From positions 1-31,589 of the IMG/VR virus record IMGVR_UViG_3300045988_127337: a stretch of 31,589 nt of DNA; one strand, 5' to 3'. Origin of the DNA: a virus. Lineage: Duplodnaviria > Heunggongvirae > Uroviricota > Caudoviricetes. The position numbers and the translations under genes were made by a program. The notes beneath the pieces are model-generated. The model saw nothing but the letters and a program-made list of their open reading frames with translations, did not search any database and was not told the DNA's origin. Of the stretch, positions 1 to 7,101 are shown one piece after another (the first letter of the stretch is position 1; each line of letters starts with the position of its first letter).

Positions 1-180
1 GGCTGGGACGGAAGTCGCTGTCGTTCTCAAAATCGGTGGAGCTGCATGACAAAGTCATCGGGCATTATCTGAACATAAAACACTATCAATAAGTTGGAGT
101 CATTACCCTGCACCGCGCTGAATTCTGGTAAAAAGAATCCCTCACCATCCGGCGATTATTGAGTAAATTACGTTTCCATA

Positions 181-200
181 AATGCCCCCGCAGGGGCATT
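181..200 (-). terminator. Putative intrinsic terminator hairpin downstream of the 214..1038 gene
   Basis: Palindrome aatgcccc-cgca-ggggcatt lies 14 bp past the minus-strand stop codon at 214..216. The following U-run is weak. Confidence 0.35.
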
Positions 201-213
201 TGCAGTAATGAAA

Positions 214-1038
214 TCAGGCGGTGAAAGTACCAATAAAGGTTTCTACTTTGCTGTCCTTGAATTTCTCAACAAGCAGATCACGAAATTCGTTAGCCATTTC
301 TTCCTGCACCGCCTCCAGCTGAATAATGCGTAGAACCAGTACAGGACGATCGCCAGTGATAATACTGAGGCGTAATTTAAACGGACGTTCTTTCAGACCT
401 TCAAACGGAACGCATTTAAATTCAAATGCCACTGGCATAATGTCTTTGGTCTTCGCTTCGACAGACTCCATCAGGGAGCGTTTGCCGCTGAAGTCATTAT
501 CTTCAAAATCAGCGGTCTGGTTTGCTTCAATCGTGATTTTACGGACAGCCGCAGCCGCTTTTGTTGCCTGAATAGCGTCACCATTAGCATCAAAGCCCAC
601 AAGATAGTCGGCCCAGTCTTCAATCCATTCTGCCAGTGACTTCTGGGAGTTACGCTCGCCGTTAACAGACAACAGAGCAGAGAACGGTGCTGTCTTTTTC
701 AGTTTGAGTGTGGCGGTGTTATCTGCGTGACCTGGTTCATCAATAGTACCCAGGTTAAGCACACTGACGGCACGCATATTATCAGCATCGATAAAGCAGC
801 GGGTGCCTTCATCTGCAAGATCTTTAGAATAACGGGTAAAGTCATCGATGCTGGCAGTGGAAAGCGCACCACGGAAACGGAAGCGATTTAAATTAAATTT
901 TTCCAGATCATGAATGCGGAAATTCTCAGGCAATGCCACAGCATCGGCACCAATCTTACTGATAATTTCATTAACACCCTGAGCAGAAATAAGGGCATGG
1001 ATTTGATTAATTGCGGTTGCGTCTAAGTTCTGAGACAT
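214..1038 (-). CDS. YfdQ-like (DUF2303-type) prophage protein, 274 aa
   Basis: Intact ORF starting [12 protein letters not shown] with a GAGGA Shine-Dalgarno 7 nt upstream. Size and N-terminus recalled as matching the CPS-53/KpLE1 YfdQ family; not verified by search. Confidence 0.75.
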   Translation of the reverse strand: MSQNLDATAINQIHALISAQGVNEIISKIGADAVALPENFRIHDLEKFNLNRFRFRGALSTASIDDFTRYSKDLADEGTRCFIDADNMRAVSVLNLGTIDEPGHADNTATLKLKKTAPFSALLSVNGERNSQKSLAEWIEDWADYLVGFDANGDAIQATKAAAAVRKITIEANQTADFEDNDFSGKRSLMESVEAKTKDIMPVAFEFKCVPFEGLKERPFKLRLSIITGDRPVLVLRIIQLEAVQEEMANEFRDLLVEKFKDSKVETFIGTFTA

Positions 1039-1103
1039 AATAAGTCCTCACTATATAAAGATATTCAGTGATGAGATAAATAATCAGTTAATTAAAAACG
1101 ATA

Positions 1104-1466
1104 TTAACGACCTGCTGCGCGGAGTTTTCCGTCAGGTTCACCGGCAAGAGTCAGTAACTGTCCCTGGTCTTCCTGCAGAATAGTCAGGCGACCACCGCGA
1201 TTGACATACATCGGCGTTTCGGTGGTGTCTTCTTCGGAAATTTTCCCGCGGTTAGTCGGGCGAACATATGAGAGTTTGTGTTTGATTTTCACTCGGTTCT
1301 CATCAAACGGTTCGATTTCCAGGTTGAGCGAGACCTTACCTTTGGTTTTCGTGTTCATCACACCGGAAGCGACTTCACTGAGAACTGCGCCGATTTTGGT
1401 TTCAAATACGCCGCCGTCCAGCTCCCCGATAAATGCCTGCACATCAGTACTGCGTTCGCTAGCCAT
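1104..1466 (-). CDS. Hypothetical prophage protein, 120 aa (YfdP-like)
   Basis: ATG at 1466 is preceded by GAGGAG (revcomp of 1472..1477). The long upstream in-frame extension to 1784 is GC-rich and not protein-like. Sits directly upstream of the YfdQ-like gene on the same strand. Confidence 0.65.
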   Translation of the reverse strand: MASERSTDVQAFIGELDGGVFETKIGAVLSEVASGVMNTKTKGKVSLNLEIEPFDENRVKIKHKLSYVRPTNRGKISEEDTTETPMYVNRGGRLTILQEDQGQLLTLAGEPDGKLRAAGR

Positions 1467-1934
1467 TTTGCTGCTCCTCATCATATCGACCCTGCAAGGT
1501 CGGTTAGTTTCTCCACAAAACAGAGAAGAACACCTGCGGTGACTGCCGCCCGGATGGATTGGGTTATGAGCCCGTCGTCCGGTGATGCTCTTCTCTGTTT
1601 TGTAAAAAGGACGGTACCAGCCGGAAGCAAGGGTACAAGCTGGTACCGCCAAGACTACACACAGCATAAAGTTGTGGTGCCGGGTGCCTCCCGGTGCCTG
1701 GCGAAGGTTGCACACCAGGCGGGTGGGTATCCACAGAAGGTCGACTGTCAGCCTCAACCTTAACCCGCGTGCGCTGAGCCGCATTCACCACAACGCTAAG
1801 GATTCTCTCTGGTTGAAAATACTTAGCTGTTATGTGCCTGCTTTTAGCCACATCAGGCGAGGTGGACCTAGTTATTCCCCAACAACAAGGATTCGGTTAA
1901 TCTGGTTATCCCCAACAACGCAAAAGGAAAAGAA
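1467..1934. other. GC-rich structured non-coding block (candidate ncRNA or regulatory DNA)
   Basis: No protein-like ORF. Perfect 15-bp inverted repeat arms at 1515..1529 and 1589..1603; 9-bp inverted repeat GGTACCAGC/GCTGGTACC at 1613..1621 and 1639..1647; direct repeats GTTAT(T)CCCCAACAAC at 1871..1886 and 1905..1919. Confidence 0.4.
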
Positions 1935-2369
1935 ATGTCCGGTAATATCTATACGCTGTACAAATCCCACTGTGAAAATGTTGGAAAGTATCGGGGCATT
2001 GAAATCAGTGGGGTAGTGTCATCAGTCGAAATAAGCAAAGTTGAATCAAGGGCAACATTACTTACTCTTTTGGACCTTGTCTTACATGAGCACCGGAAGA
2101 AATTCGGCACTCCCTATAATCAGTTGAATGGGAAAAAGGCTCTGGTTCACCTTATTCTGATGAAGCATCACTGGATGCCAAAACAGATTAATGAGATGAA
2201 ATTTGATGAACTTCTTCTTTCAATTCAGGATGAACTCACACTTGATAAAATAAGCGTAACCGCCCAGAAATTTTTAGATTATCGAGACTGGAGATCACAA
2301 ATTCATCACTTTGATGATTTTGACGAAAATGAATGGGATCCTAATTTGTCTGCACAATATCTAAAGTAA
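1935..2369 (+). CDS. Hypothetical protein, 144 aa; AT-rich orphan (moron-like) gene
   Basis: ATG at 1935 with AAGGA Shine-Dalgarno 6 nt upstream. AT-rich by eye compared with neighbours. Oriented opposite to the early-left operon. No recognisable motif. Confidence 0.6.
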   Translation: MSGNIYTLYKSHCENVGKYRGIEISGVVSSVEISKVESRATLLTLLDLVLHEHRKKFGTPYNQLNGKKALVHLILMKHHWMPKQINEMKFDELLLSIQDELTLDKISVTAQKFLDYRDWRSQIHHFDDFDENEWDPNLSAQYLK

Positions 2370-2547
2370 CATCCTGTGATAAAACCGTGATTTCCTGATC
2401 CAGTTTTTTTAAGGAGTCTATTGTTTCCTGTCGATAAGACAGCACTTCACGAAGCTGGTTTATAGCTGCCAGCTTCTTTGTCATCCACTCATAAATTTCC
2501 TCATCTGTGTAGCCAGGCGCGACGATTTTGGGTTCTGTTTTGTGCAT
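2341..2547 (-). CDS. Hypothetical small protein, 68 aa, first gene after the PL-like promoter
   Basis: ATG at 2547 with GAGGAG 8 nt upstream; the listed ORF start at 2562 is a TTG. Its 3' end overlaps the 1935..2369 gene convergently by 29 bp. C-terminal half looks coiled-coil. Confidence 0.55.
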   Translation of the reverse strand: MHKTEPKIVAPGYTDEEIYEWMTKKLAAINQLREVLSYRQETIDSLKKLDQEITVLSQDVTLDIVQTN

Positions 2548-2591
2548 TTCACATCTCCTCAAGTTATCAGTTACTTGTTGATGGGGACCAG

Positions 2592-2624
2592 ATTGTTAAA
2601 GAGCTAAGCGTCCTGTAGGGCGCT
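2592..2624 (-). promoter_or_regulatory. Nut-like antitermination element: hairpin followed by rrn-type boxA
   Basis: Minus-strand RNA reads hairpin (2624..2607) then GCUCUUUAACAAU (2604..2592), a 13-nt match to the E. coli rrn boxA consensus as recalled. Lies in the leader between the PL-like promoter and the 68-aa gene. Confidence 0.5.
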
Positions 2625-2630
2625 TTTTTG
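2607..2630 (+). terminator. Intrinsic terminator (plus strand)
   Basis: Stem agcgtcc / gggcgct with loop tgta, followed by a T6 run at 2624..2629. Confidence 0.6.
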
Positions 2631-2714
2631 TTGCTAACGAATCATCCTGGACTTCATATGCCCCAGGCGGCTACTTCGTGGGCGTCCTGCCTGTTTGTTG
2701 TTTCTCTTGGGTAC

Positions 2715-2742
2715 ATTATGTATCTCATAGGTACATTGTCAA
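2715..2742 (-). promoter_or_regulatory. PL-like early-left promoter with embedded operator
   Basis: Minus strand -35 TTGACA (2742..2737), 16-bp spacer, -10 CATAAT (2720..2715). Spacer contains palindrome ATGTAC-N7-aTACAT (2718..2736), matching the OR operator architecture. Confidence 0.6.
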
Positions 2743-2746
2743 GTAT

Positions 2747-2767
2747 AAAAAAACCTGCCGAAGCAGG
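2747..2767 (-). terminator. Intrinsic terminator downstream of the repressor gene
   Basis: Minus-strand hairpin cctgc-ttcg-gcagg followed by a U7 run, 15 bp past the repressor stop codon. Confidence 0.7.
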
Positions 2768-2781
2768 TTCATAAACATTGA

Positions 2782-3456
2782 TTAGGCTTTGATTTTGTAT
2801 CTTCTTGGTTTTCCTGAGAAAATCACAGTTCCAATTATAGAGCAATTACCGTTGATCTTAATGTAAGGCTCAGGCCAGTTTGGGTTTAACGCTTTGAGAT
2901 AACGCTGTGTCCCATCTTCTATCAACCTTTTGAAGGTGGTTTCACCTGTATCGTGCATCAATGCAATAACGTCGTCACCGTGGCAGGCAGGTACTTCAGG
3001 ATCGACAAAAATCATGTCTCCCGGGCGGTACTCGTCAATCATTGAATCACCTATCACCCGCAAGATATAAGTCATTTCCCCACAGGGTACAGGGCAGGGA
3101 TACGTTTCTGCTGTGCTCAAATCAACCTCAGAATATCCAACTTCTTTCCATGCTCCGGCCTGTACCCATGATATGACAGGGACTAATGTGATTTGTTTAT
3201 TAGTGATTGAAACATCAGGTTTTTTTGTGATGTTCGTTGTCTGGTGTTCTTGATCGAGCCATCCGACAGGCAGGTCGAAACATTTTTCGATGTGTCGTGC
3301 CATGCTGTCACCGATATTTTTAGTAGCACCATCTCCCATAAACCTGCTGGTCTGGGTTGGCTCGCGATCAATCATAGTGGCAAAGGAAGAATTCCCGCCA
3401 ACACCATCTCTCAGTTTTCTGGCGTTAGACCGCCGGATGTCATGGATTGTTTTCAT
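2782..3456 (-). CDS. CI-type prophage repressor, N-terminal HTH plus C-terminal S24 (LexA-like) peptidase domain
   Basis: 224 aa. C-terminal region aligns by eye with P22 C2 (LNPNWPEPYIKINGNCSIIGTVI vs LNPQYPMIEINGNCKIIGVVV). Contains GDSM catalytic serine motif and an Ala-Gly cleavage site (VQAGAW). No Shine-Dalgarno, consistent with a leaderless PRM-type transcript. Confidence 0.85.
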   Translation of the reverse strand: MKTIHDIRRSNARKLRDGVGGNSSFATMIDREPTQTSRFMGDGATKNIGDSMARHIEKCFDLPVGWLDQEHQTTNITKKPDVSITNKQITLVPVISWVQAGAWKEVGYSEVDLSTAETYPCPVPCGEMTYILRVIGDSMIDEYRPGDMIFVDPEVPACHGDDVIALMHDTGETTFKRLIEDGTQRYLKALNPNWPEPYIKINGNCSIIGTVIFSGKPRRYKIKA

Positions 3457-3546
3457 AACGAAATTAAAACCCTTGTACCGTTAAGGTACAAGTATCTTGA
3501 AGGTTCATTTCAATCATGTAATATGTACACCGGAGGTACATATTGT
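3457..3546. promoter_or_regulatory. Divergent immunity-region promoter and operator segment (OR, PR, PRM)
   Basis: Palindromes CTTGTACCGTTAAGGTACAAG (3472..3492) and ATGTACACCGGAGGTACAT (3523..3541), both with a GTAC-N7-GTAC core. Plus-strand PR: -35 TTGAAG (3497..3502), 16-bp spacer, -10 TAATAT (3519..3524). Confidence 0.65.
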
Positions 3547-3747
3547 ATGAAAGCGTATTGGGACTCTTTAACCAAAGAACAGCAGGGCGAGTTGGCCGGA
3601 AAAGTTGGCTCAACACCTGGCTACTTACGGCTGGTTTTCAATGGCTATAAAAAAGCCAGTTTTGTGCTGGCTAAAAAACTTGAGCAATGCACGTCAGGTG
3701 CAATTACGAAATCTGACTTAAGACCGGATATCTATCCGAAAGATTAG
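3547..3747 (+). CDS. Cro-like HTH regulator, 66 aa
   Basis: ATG at 3547 with GGAGG upstream; divergent from the repressor. The YdaS-family assignment is from recalled sequence character only. An alternative ATG at 3523 lies inside the operator. Confidence 0.6.
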   Translation: MKAYWDSLTKEQQGELAGKVGSTPGYLRLVFNGYKKASFVLAKKLEQCTSGAITKSDLRPDIYPKD

Positions 3748-3778
3748 CAGAACACTTTCAATTTTTAACCACAGAACG

Positions 3779-4348
3779 ATGAGGCTAATCGTGGGTAAGC
3801 ATCACTGGAAAATAGAAAAACAGCCTGAGTGGTACGTGAAAGCTGTCAGAAAAACTATCGCGGCGTTGCCGGGTGGTTACGCTGAAGCGGCTGACTGGCT
3901 CGATGTAACAGAAAACGCTTTATTCAACCGCCTTCGTGCAGATGGCGATCAGATTTTCCCGCTGGGATGGGCAATGGTTTTACAGCGTGCTGGTGGCACT
4001 CACTTCATTGCTGATGCTGTGGCGCAGTCTGCAAATGGCGTCTTTGTGTCTCTTCCTGACGTCGAGGATGTGGACAACGCCGATATTAACCAGCGTCTGC
4101 TGGAAGTCATTGAACAGATCGGCAGTTATTCAAAACAGATTCGTTCAGCAATCGAAGACGGTGTAGTGGAACCGCATGAGAAGACAGCAATTAACGACGA
4201 GCTGTATCTCTCAATTTCGAAGCTGCAGGAGCATGCAGCACTTGTCTACAAAATTTTTTGCATTTCAGAAAGTAATGACGCCCGCGAGTGTGCAGCTCCG
4301 GGCGTCGTGGCGTCGATTGCTTCTGGTTGTGGAGAAACTAACGCATGA
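3779..4348 (+). CDS. CII-like or YdaT-like early regulatory protein, 189 aa
   Basis: Position immediately after cro in the early-right operon. Family assignment from memory only. The start could instead be the GTG at 3791, which has a GAGG upstream. Confidence 0.5.
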   Translation: MRLIVGKHHWKIEKQPEWYVKAVRKTIAALPGGYAEAADWLDVTENALFNRLRADGDQIFPLGWAMVLQRAGGTHFIADAVAQSANGVFVSLPDVEDVDNADINQRLLEVIEQIGSYSKQIRSAIEDGVVEPHEKTAINDELYLSISKLQEHAALVYKIFCISESNDARECAAPGVVASIASGCGETNA

Positions 4349-4683
4349 ACAGTTTAACAACACACTACCGTCGCTCGCAACTGATTGCGCTTCCTGTACC
4401 GGGTGGAAAAGCGAAGGTGGAATATTGCTATGCAGTGAATGTACCAGGTGACAGGGAAATTGTAACCCACAGCTTTGCAGAGTGGGCTGTGGGTGATTTC
4501 AACCGGCAGAAGGAGACGGTCCTTTGCGACAAGTTAACCGCTGGTTCAAAGATCACTACGGAGTGCCCGTCAGAGTCATTCGTTGGGAGCCGGAAACACA
4601 ACGGGTTATCTACCTCCGCGAAGGTTATGAGCATGAATGCTTCAGTCCGCTCGAACAGTTTCGTCGTAAATTCAGGGAAATAG
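4345..4683 (+). CDS. Hypothetical protein, 112 aa, probably disrupted by a frameshift
   Basis: ATG overlaps the upstream stop (ATGA). The first ~59 aa look protein-like; the C-terminal half is Ser-rich and low-complexity, while a different frame over the same DNA gives a better translation. Confidence 0.35.
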   Translation: MNSLTTHYRRSQLIALPVPGGKAKVEYCYAVNVPGDREIVTHSFAEWAVGDFNRQKETVLCDKLTAGSKITTECPSESFVGSRKHNGLSTSAKVMSMNASVRSNSFVVNSGK

Positions 4684-4703
4684 AGGTCGGTCATGAGCAC
4701 TAA
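4524..4703 (+). CDS. Alternative-frame small ORF (59 aa, TTG start) or frameshifted C-terminus of the 4345 gene
   Basis: Translation [56 protein letters not shown] is protein-like. AAGGAG at 4510..4515 sits 8 nt before the TTG at 4524. Confidence 0.3.
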   Translation: MRQVNRWFKDHYGVPVRVIRWEPETQRVIYLREGYEHECFSPLEQFRRKFREIEVGHEH

Positions 4704-5634
4704 ATTAACCGGCTATGTATGGGATGGTTGCGCTGCATCAGGCATGAAGTTATCCAGCGTGGCAATTATGGCCCGCCTGGCTGATTTCAGTAATGACGAA
4801 GGTGTGTGCTGGCCATCAATTGAAACCATTGCCCGTCAGATTGGCGCGGGGATGAGTACCGTCAGAACGGCTATCGCACGGCTGGAAGCAGAAGGCTGGT
4901 TAACGCGTAAGGCGCGTCGCCAGGGTAACCGCAATGCGTCGAATGTTTATCAGCTTAACGTTGCGAAGCTTCAGGCAGCGGCATTTTCTCAACTGTCAGA
5001 TTCTGACCCGTCAAAATCTGACGCATCAAAATCTGACCCGTCAAAATTTGATGCGTCGAAATCTGGCAAAAAAGCGGGTTTTCACCCGTCAGAATCTGGC
5101 GGGGATCCGTCAGTAAAATCAAAACATGATCCGTCAGATAAAAAACCTTCTCGTCCGGACGCTTCGCAACCGGACACGCAGACGGCTGAACAGGATTTTT
5201 TAACTCGCCATCCTGATGCGGTTGTATTCAGCCCTAAAAAGCGCCAGTGGGGGACGCAGGATGATTTGACCTGCGCACAGTGGCTCTGGAAAAAAATCAT
5301 CGCCCTGTACGAGCAGGCTGCCGAATGTGACGGCGAGGTGGTTCGTCCCAAAGAACCGAACTGGACAGCCTGGGCAAACGAAATTCGCCTGATGTGTGTA
5401 CAGGATGGCCGTACTCACAAACAAATCTGCGAGATGTACAGCCGCGTCAGCCGCGATCCGTTCTGGTGCCGTAACGTGCTCAGCCCGTCGAAGCTGCGGG
5501 AAAAATGGGATGAGCTTTCCCTGCGCTTATCGCCGTCCGTCAGCACGTACACCGAAAAACGCGAAGACCCGTACTTCAAAGCCAGTTACGACAACGTGGA
5601 CTACAGCCAGATCCCGGCAGGATTCAGGGGGTGA
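4693..5634 (+). CDS. Replication initiator, phage O-like (N-terminal winged-helix domain, repeat linker, C-terminal domain)
   Basis: 313 aa in the position of the replication gene after the cII-like gene. N-terminus is wHTH-like. The gene carries the tandem 15-bp iterons of a lambda-type origin. Confidence 0.6.
   Translation: MSTKLTGYVWDGCAASGMKLSSVAIMARLADFSNDEGVCWPSIETIARQIGAGMSTVRTAIARLEAEGWLTRKARRQGNRNASNVYQLNVAKLQAAAFSQLSDSDPSKSDASKSDPSKFDASKSGKKAGFHPSESGGDPSVKSKHDPSDKKPSRPDASQPDTQTAEQDFLTRHPDAVVFSPKKRQWGTQDDLTCAQWLWKKIIALYEQAAECDGEVVRPKEPNWTAWANEIRLMCVQDGRTHKQICEMYSRVSRDPFWCRNVLSPSKLREKWDELSLRLSPSVSTYTEKREDPYFKASYDNVDYSQIPAGFRG
4996..5103 (+). repeat. Origin-like iterons inside the replication gene (about six 15-bp repeats, consensus TCAAAATCTGACCCG)
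   Basis: Repeat units begin at 4996, 5011, 5026, 5041, 5056 and 5089, followed by an A/T-rich stretch (about 5104..5150). Confidence 0.6.
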
Positions 5635-5636
5635 GC

Positions 5637-6125
5637 ATGAGTCTTTTGAATGACGTTCAGAAATTCATTGAAGCCCATCCGGGGTGTACTTCCGGAGACA
5701 TTGCGGATGCTTTTGCAGGTTACTCACGGCAGCGCGTTCTGCAGTCAGCAAGCAAGTTACGTCAGAGTGGTCGTGTGGCTCACCGTTGTGAAGGGGATAC
5801 ATGCAGACATTTCCCGCGCCTGACTGAGAGAGCGCAGGAGGCGGAACCGCAACCAGTTCGTGAAACCAGACCTGTGCGCAATTTCTATGTCGGCACTAAC
5901 GACCCGCGGGAGATTTTGTGCCTGACCCGCCAGGCTGAAGAACTGGAGTCCAGGGGCTTATACCGTCGTGCTGCAACGGTGTGGATGGCGGCATTCCGTG
6001 AAAGCCATTCCCAGCCAGAACGAAACAATTTTCTGGCGCGTCGTGAGCAGTGTTTACGGAAAAGCAGCAAGCGCGCTGTATCGGGTGATGAGTGGTATCT
6101 GTCAGGGAATTACGTGGGGGCTTAA
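5637..6125 (+). CDS. Hypothetical regulator, 162 aa, with a PerC-like C-terminal motif
   Basis: ATG at 5637 just after the upstream stop. Motif GLYRRAATVWMAAF resembles the GLWRRAA signature of PerC/Pch activators as recalled. Low certainty. Confidence 0.4.
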   Translation: MSLLNDVQKFIEAHPGCTSGDIADAFAGYSRQRVLQSASKLRQSGRVAHRCEGDTCRHFPRLTERAQEAEPQPVRETRPVRNFYVGTNDPREILCLTRQAEELESRGLYRRAATVWMAAFRESHSQPERNNFLARREQCLRKSSKRAVSGDEWYLSGNYVGA

Positions 6126-6778
6126 TGAGTAATAAATATTGCCAGGAGCTGGTGGAACTGCGGAACAAACCAGCCCATGAACTGAAGGAAGTGGGCGATC
6201 AGTGGCGCACGCCGGATAACATTTTCTGGGGAATTAACACTCTGTTTGGTCCGTTTGTTCTGGATCTGTTCACTGACGGTGATAACGCCAAATGTGCCGC
6301 GTATTACACGGCGGAAGACAACGCGCTGGCGCATGACTGGTCAGAACGTCTTGCGGAGCTTAAAGGTGCTGCCTTTGGTAATCCCCCATACAGCCGCGCC
6401 AGTCAGCATGAGGGGCAATACATCACCGGCATGCGTTACATCATGAAGCATGCCAGTGCCATGCGTGATAAAGGCGGGCGCTATGTTTTCCTGATCAAAG
6501 CTGCCACCAGCGAAGTGTGGTGGCCGGAAGATGCAGATCATATTGCTTTTATTCGCGGGCGTATTGGTTTTGAACTGCCTGTCTGGTTTATCCCGAAAGA
6601 CGAGAAGCAGGTACCGACAGGCGCTTTCTTCGCTGGTGCTATTGCTGTTTTCGACAAGACCTGGAAAGGACCGGCAATCAGCTACATCGGGCGCGATGAA
6701 CTTGAGGCATGTGGTGAGGCCTTTCTGGCGCAGGTTCGCCAGCAGGCAGAAAAACTGGTCAGGGAGATGGCGGCATGA
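6125..6778 (+). CDS. Phage DNA N6-adenine methyltransferase (Dam-like)
   Basis: 217 aa with the NPPY catalytic motif (GNPPYSRA); start overlaps the upstream stop (TAATG). Confidence 0.75.
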   Translation: MSNKYCQELVELRNKPAHELKEVGDQWRTPDNIFWGINTLFGPFVLDLFTDGDNAKCAAYYTAEDNALAHDWSERLAELKGAAFGNPPYSRASQHEGQYITGMRYIMKHASAMRDKGGRYVFLIKAATSEVWWPEDADHIAFIRGRIGFELPVWFIPKDEKQVPTGAFFAGAIAVFDKTWKGPAISYIGRDELEACGEAFLAQVRQQAEKLVREMAA

Positions 6779-7101
6779 CGACGTTAACTCAATGCCAGCA
6801 GCAGGTGCTGGATATGCTGATTTCTTACCAGAAAGAGCGTGGCTTTCCGCCAACCAATCAGGAGGTGGCAACCATGCTGGGATACCGTTCAGTGAATGCA
6901 GCGGTAGAGCATCTTCGCGCACTGGAGAAAAAAGGCGTCATCACGATAAAGCGTGGCGTGGCCCGGGGGATAACGCTTCATACCGCGGTGAAGGACGACG
7001 ACAGCGAGGCGGTCGGGATTATCCGCGCACTGCTTGCCGGTGAGGAAAACGCCAGGCTGCGTGCAGCCCACTGGTTACATGAGAGGGGCATGAAAGTATG
7101 A
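6775..7101 (+). CDS. LexA DNA-binding-domain-only protein, 108 aa
   Basis: N-terminal ~70 aa align by eye with the LexA winged-helix domain (QQQVLDMLISYQKERGFPPTNQEVATMLGYRSVNAAVEHLRALEKKGVI). No S24 peptidase domain follows. Confidence 0.65.
   Translation: MTTLTQCQQQVLDMLISYQKERGFPPTNQEVATMLGYRSVNAAVEHLRALEKKGVITIKRGVARGITLHTAVKDDDSEAVGIIRALLAGEENARLRAAHWLHERGMKV

Noticed and set aside
1-180. Possible partial ORF at the extreme left edge (plus-strand frame ending about 90..92, or a minus-strand start near 58)
   Set aside because: Too short and without a recognisable start signal or motif to call; it cannot be resolved without sequence beyond the window.
1104-1784. Long 226-aa ORF extending the YfdP-like gene upstream to 1784
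   Set aside because: The upstream 106 codons are GC-rich and low-complexity (Arg/Cys/Pro-rich) with no ribosome-binding site. An ATG at 1466 preceded by GAGGAG gives a 120-aa product, so the extension is treated as non-coding.
1278-2016. ORFs 1201..1542, 1278..1763, 1564..1851 and 1672..2016 within or flanking the GC-rich block
   Set aside because: Translations are not protein-like, they overlap each other in several frames, and none has a convincing ribosome-binding site. The region is better explained as structured non-coding sequence.
3244-3747. 167-aa plus-strand ORF spanning the repressor start and the operator region
   Set aside because: Its first two-thirds lie antisense to the repressor gene and across the operators. 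Only the last 66 codons, from ATG 3547 with a GGAGG site, form a plausible Cro-like gene.
4996-5103. The tandem 15-bp repeats as a purely protein-level low-complexity linker
   Set aside because: The DNA-level periodicity, with near-identical 15-mers followed by an A/T-rich tract inside a replication initiator gene, is the hallmark of a lambda-type origin, so the iteron interpretation is kept. The two explanations are not mutually exclusive.
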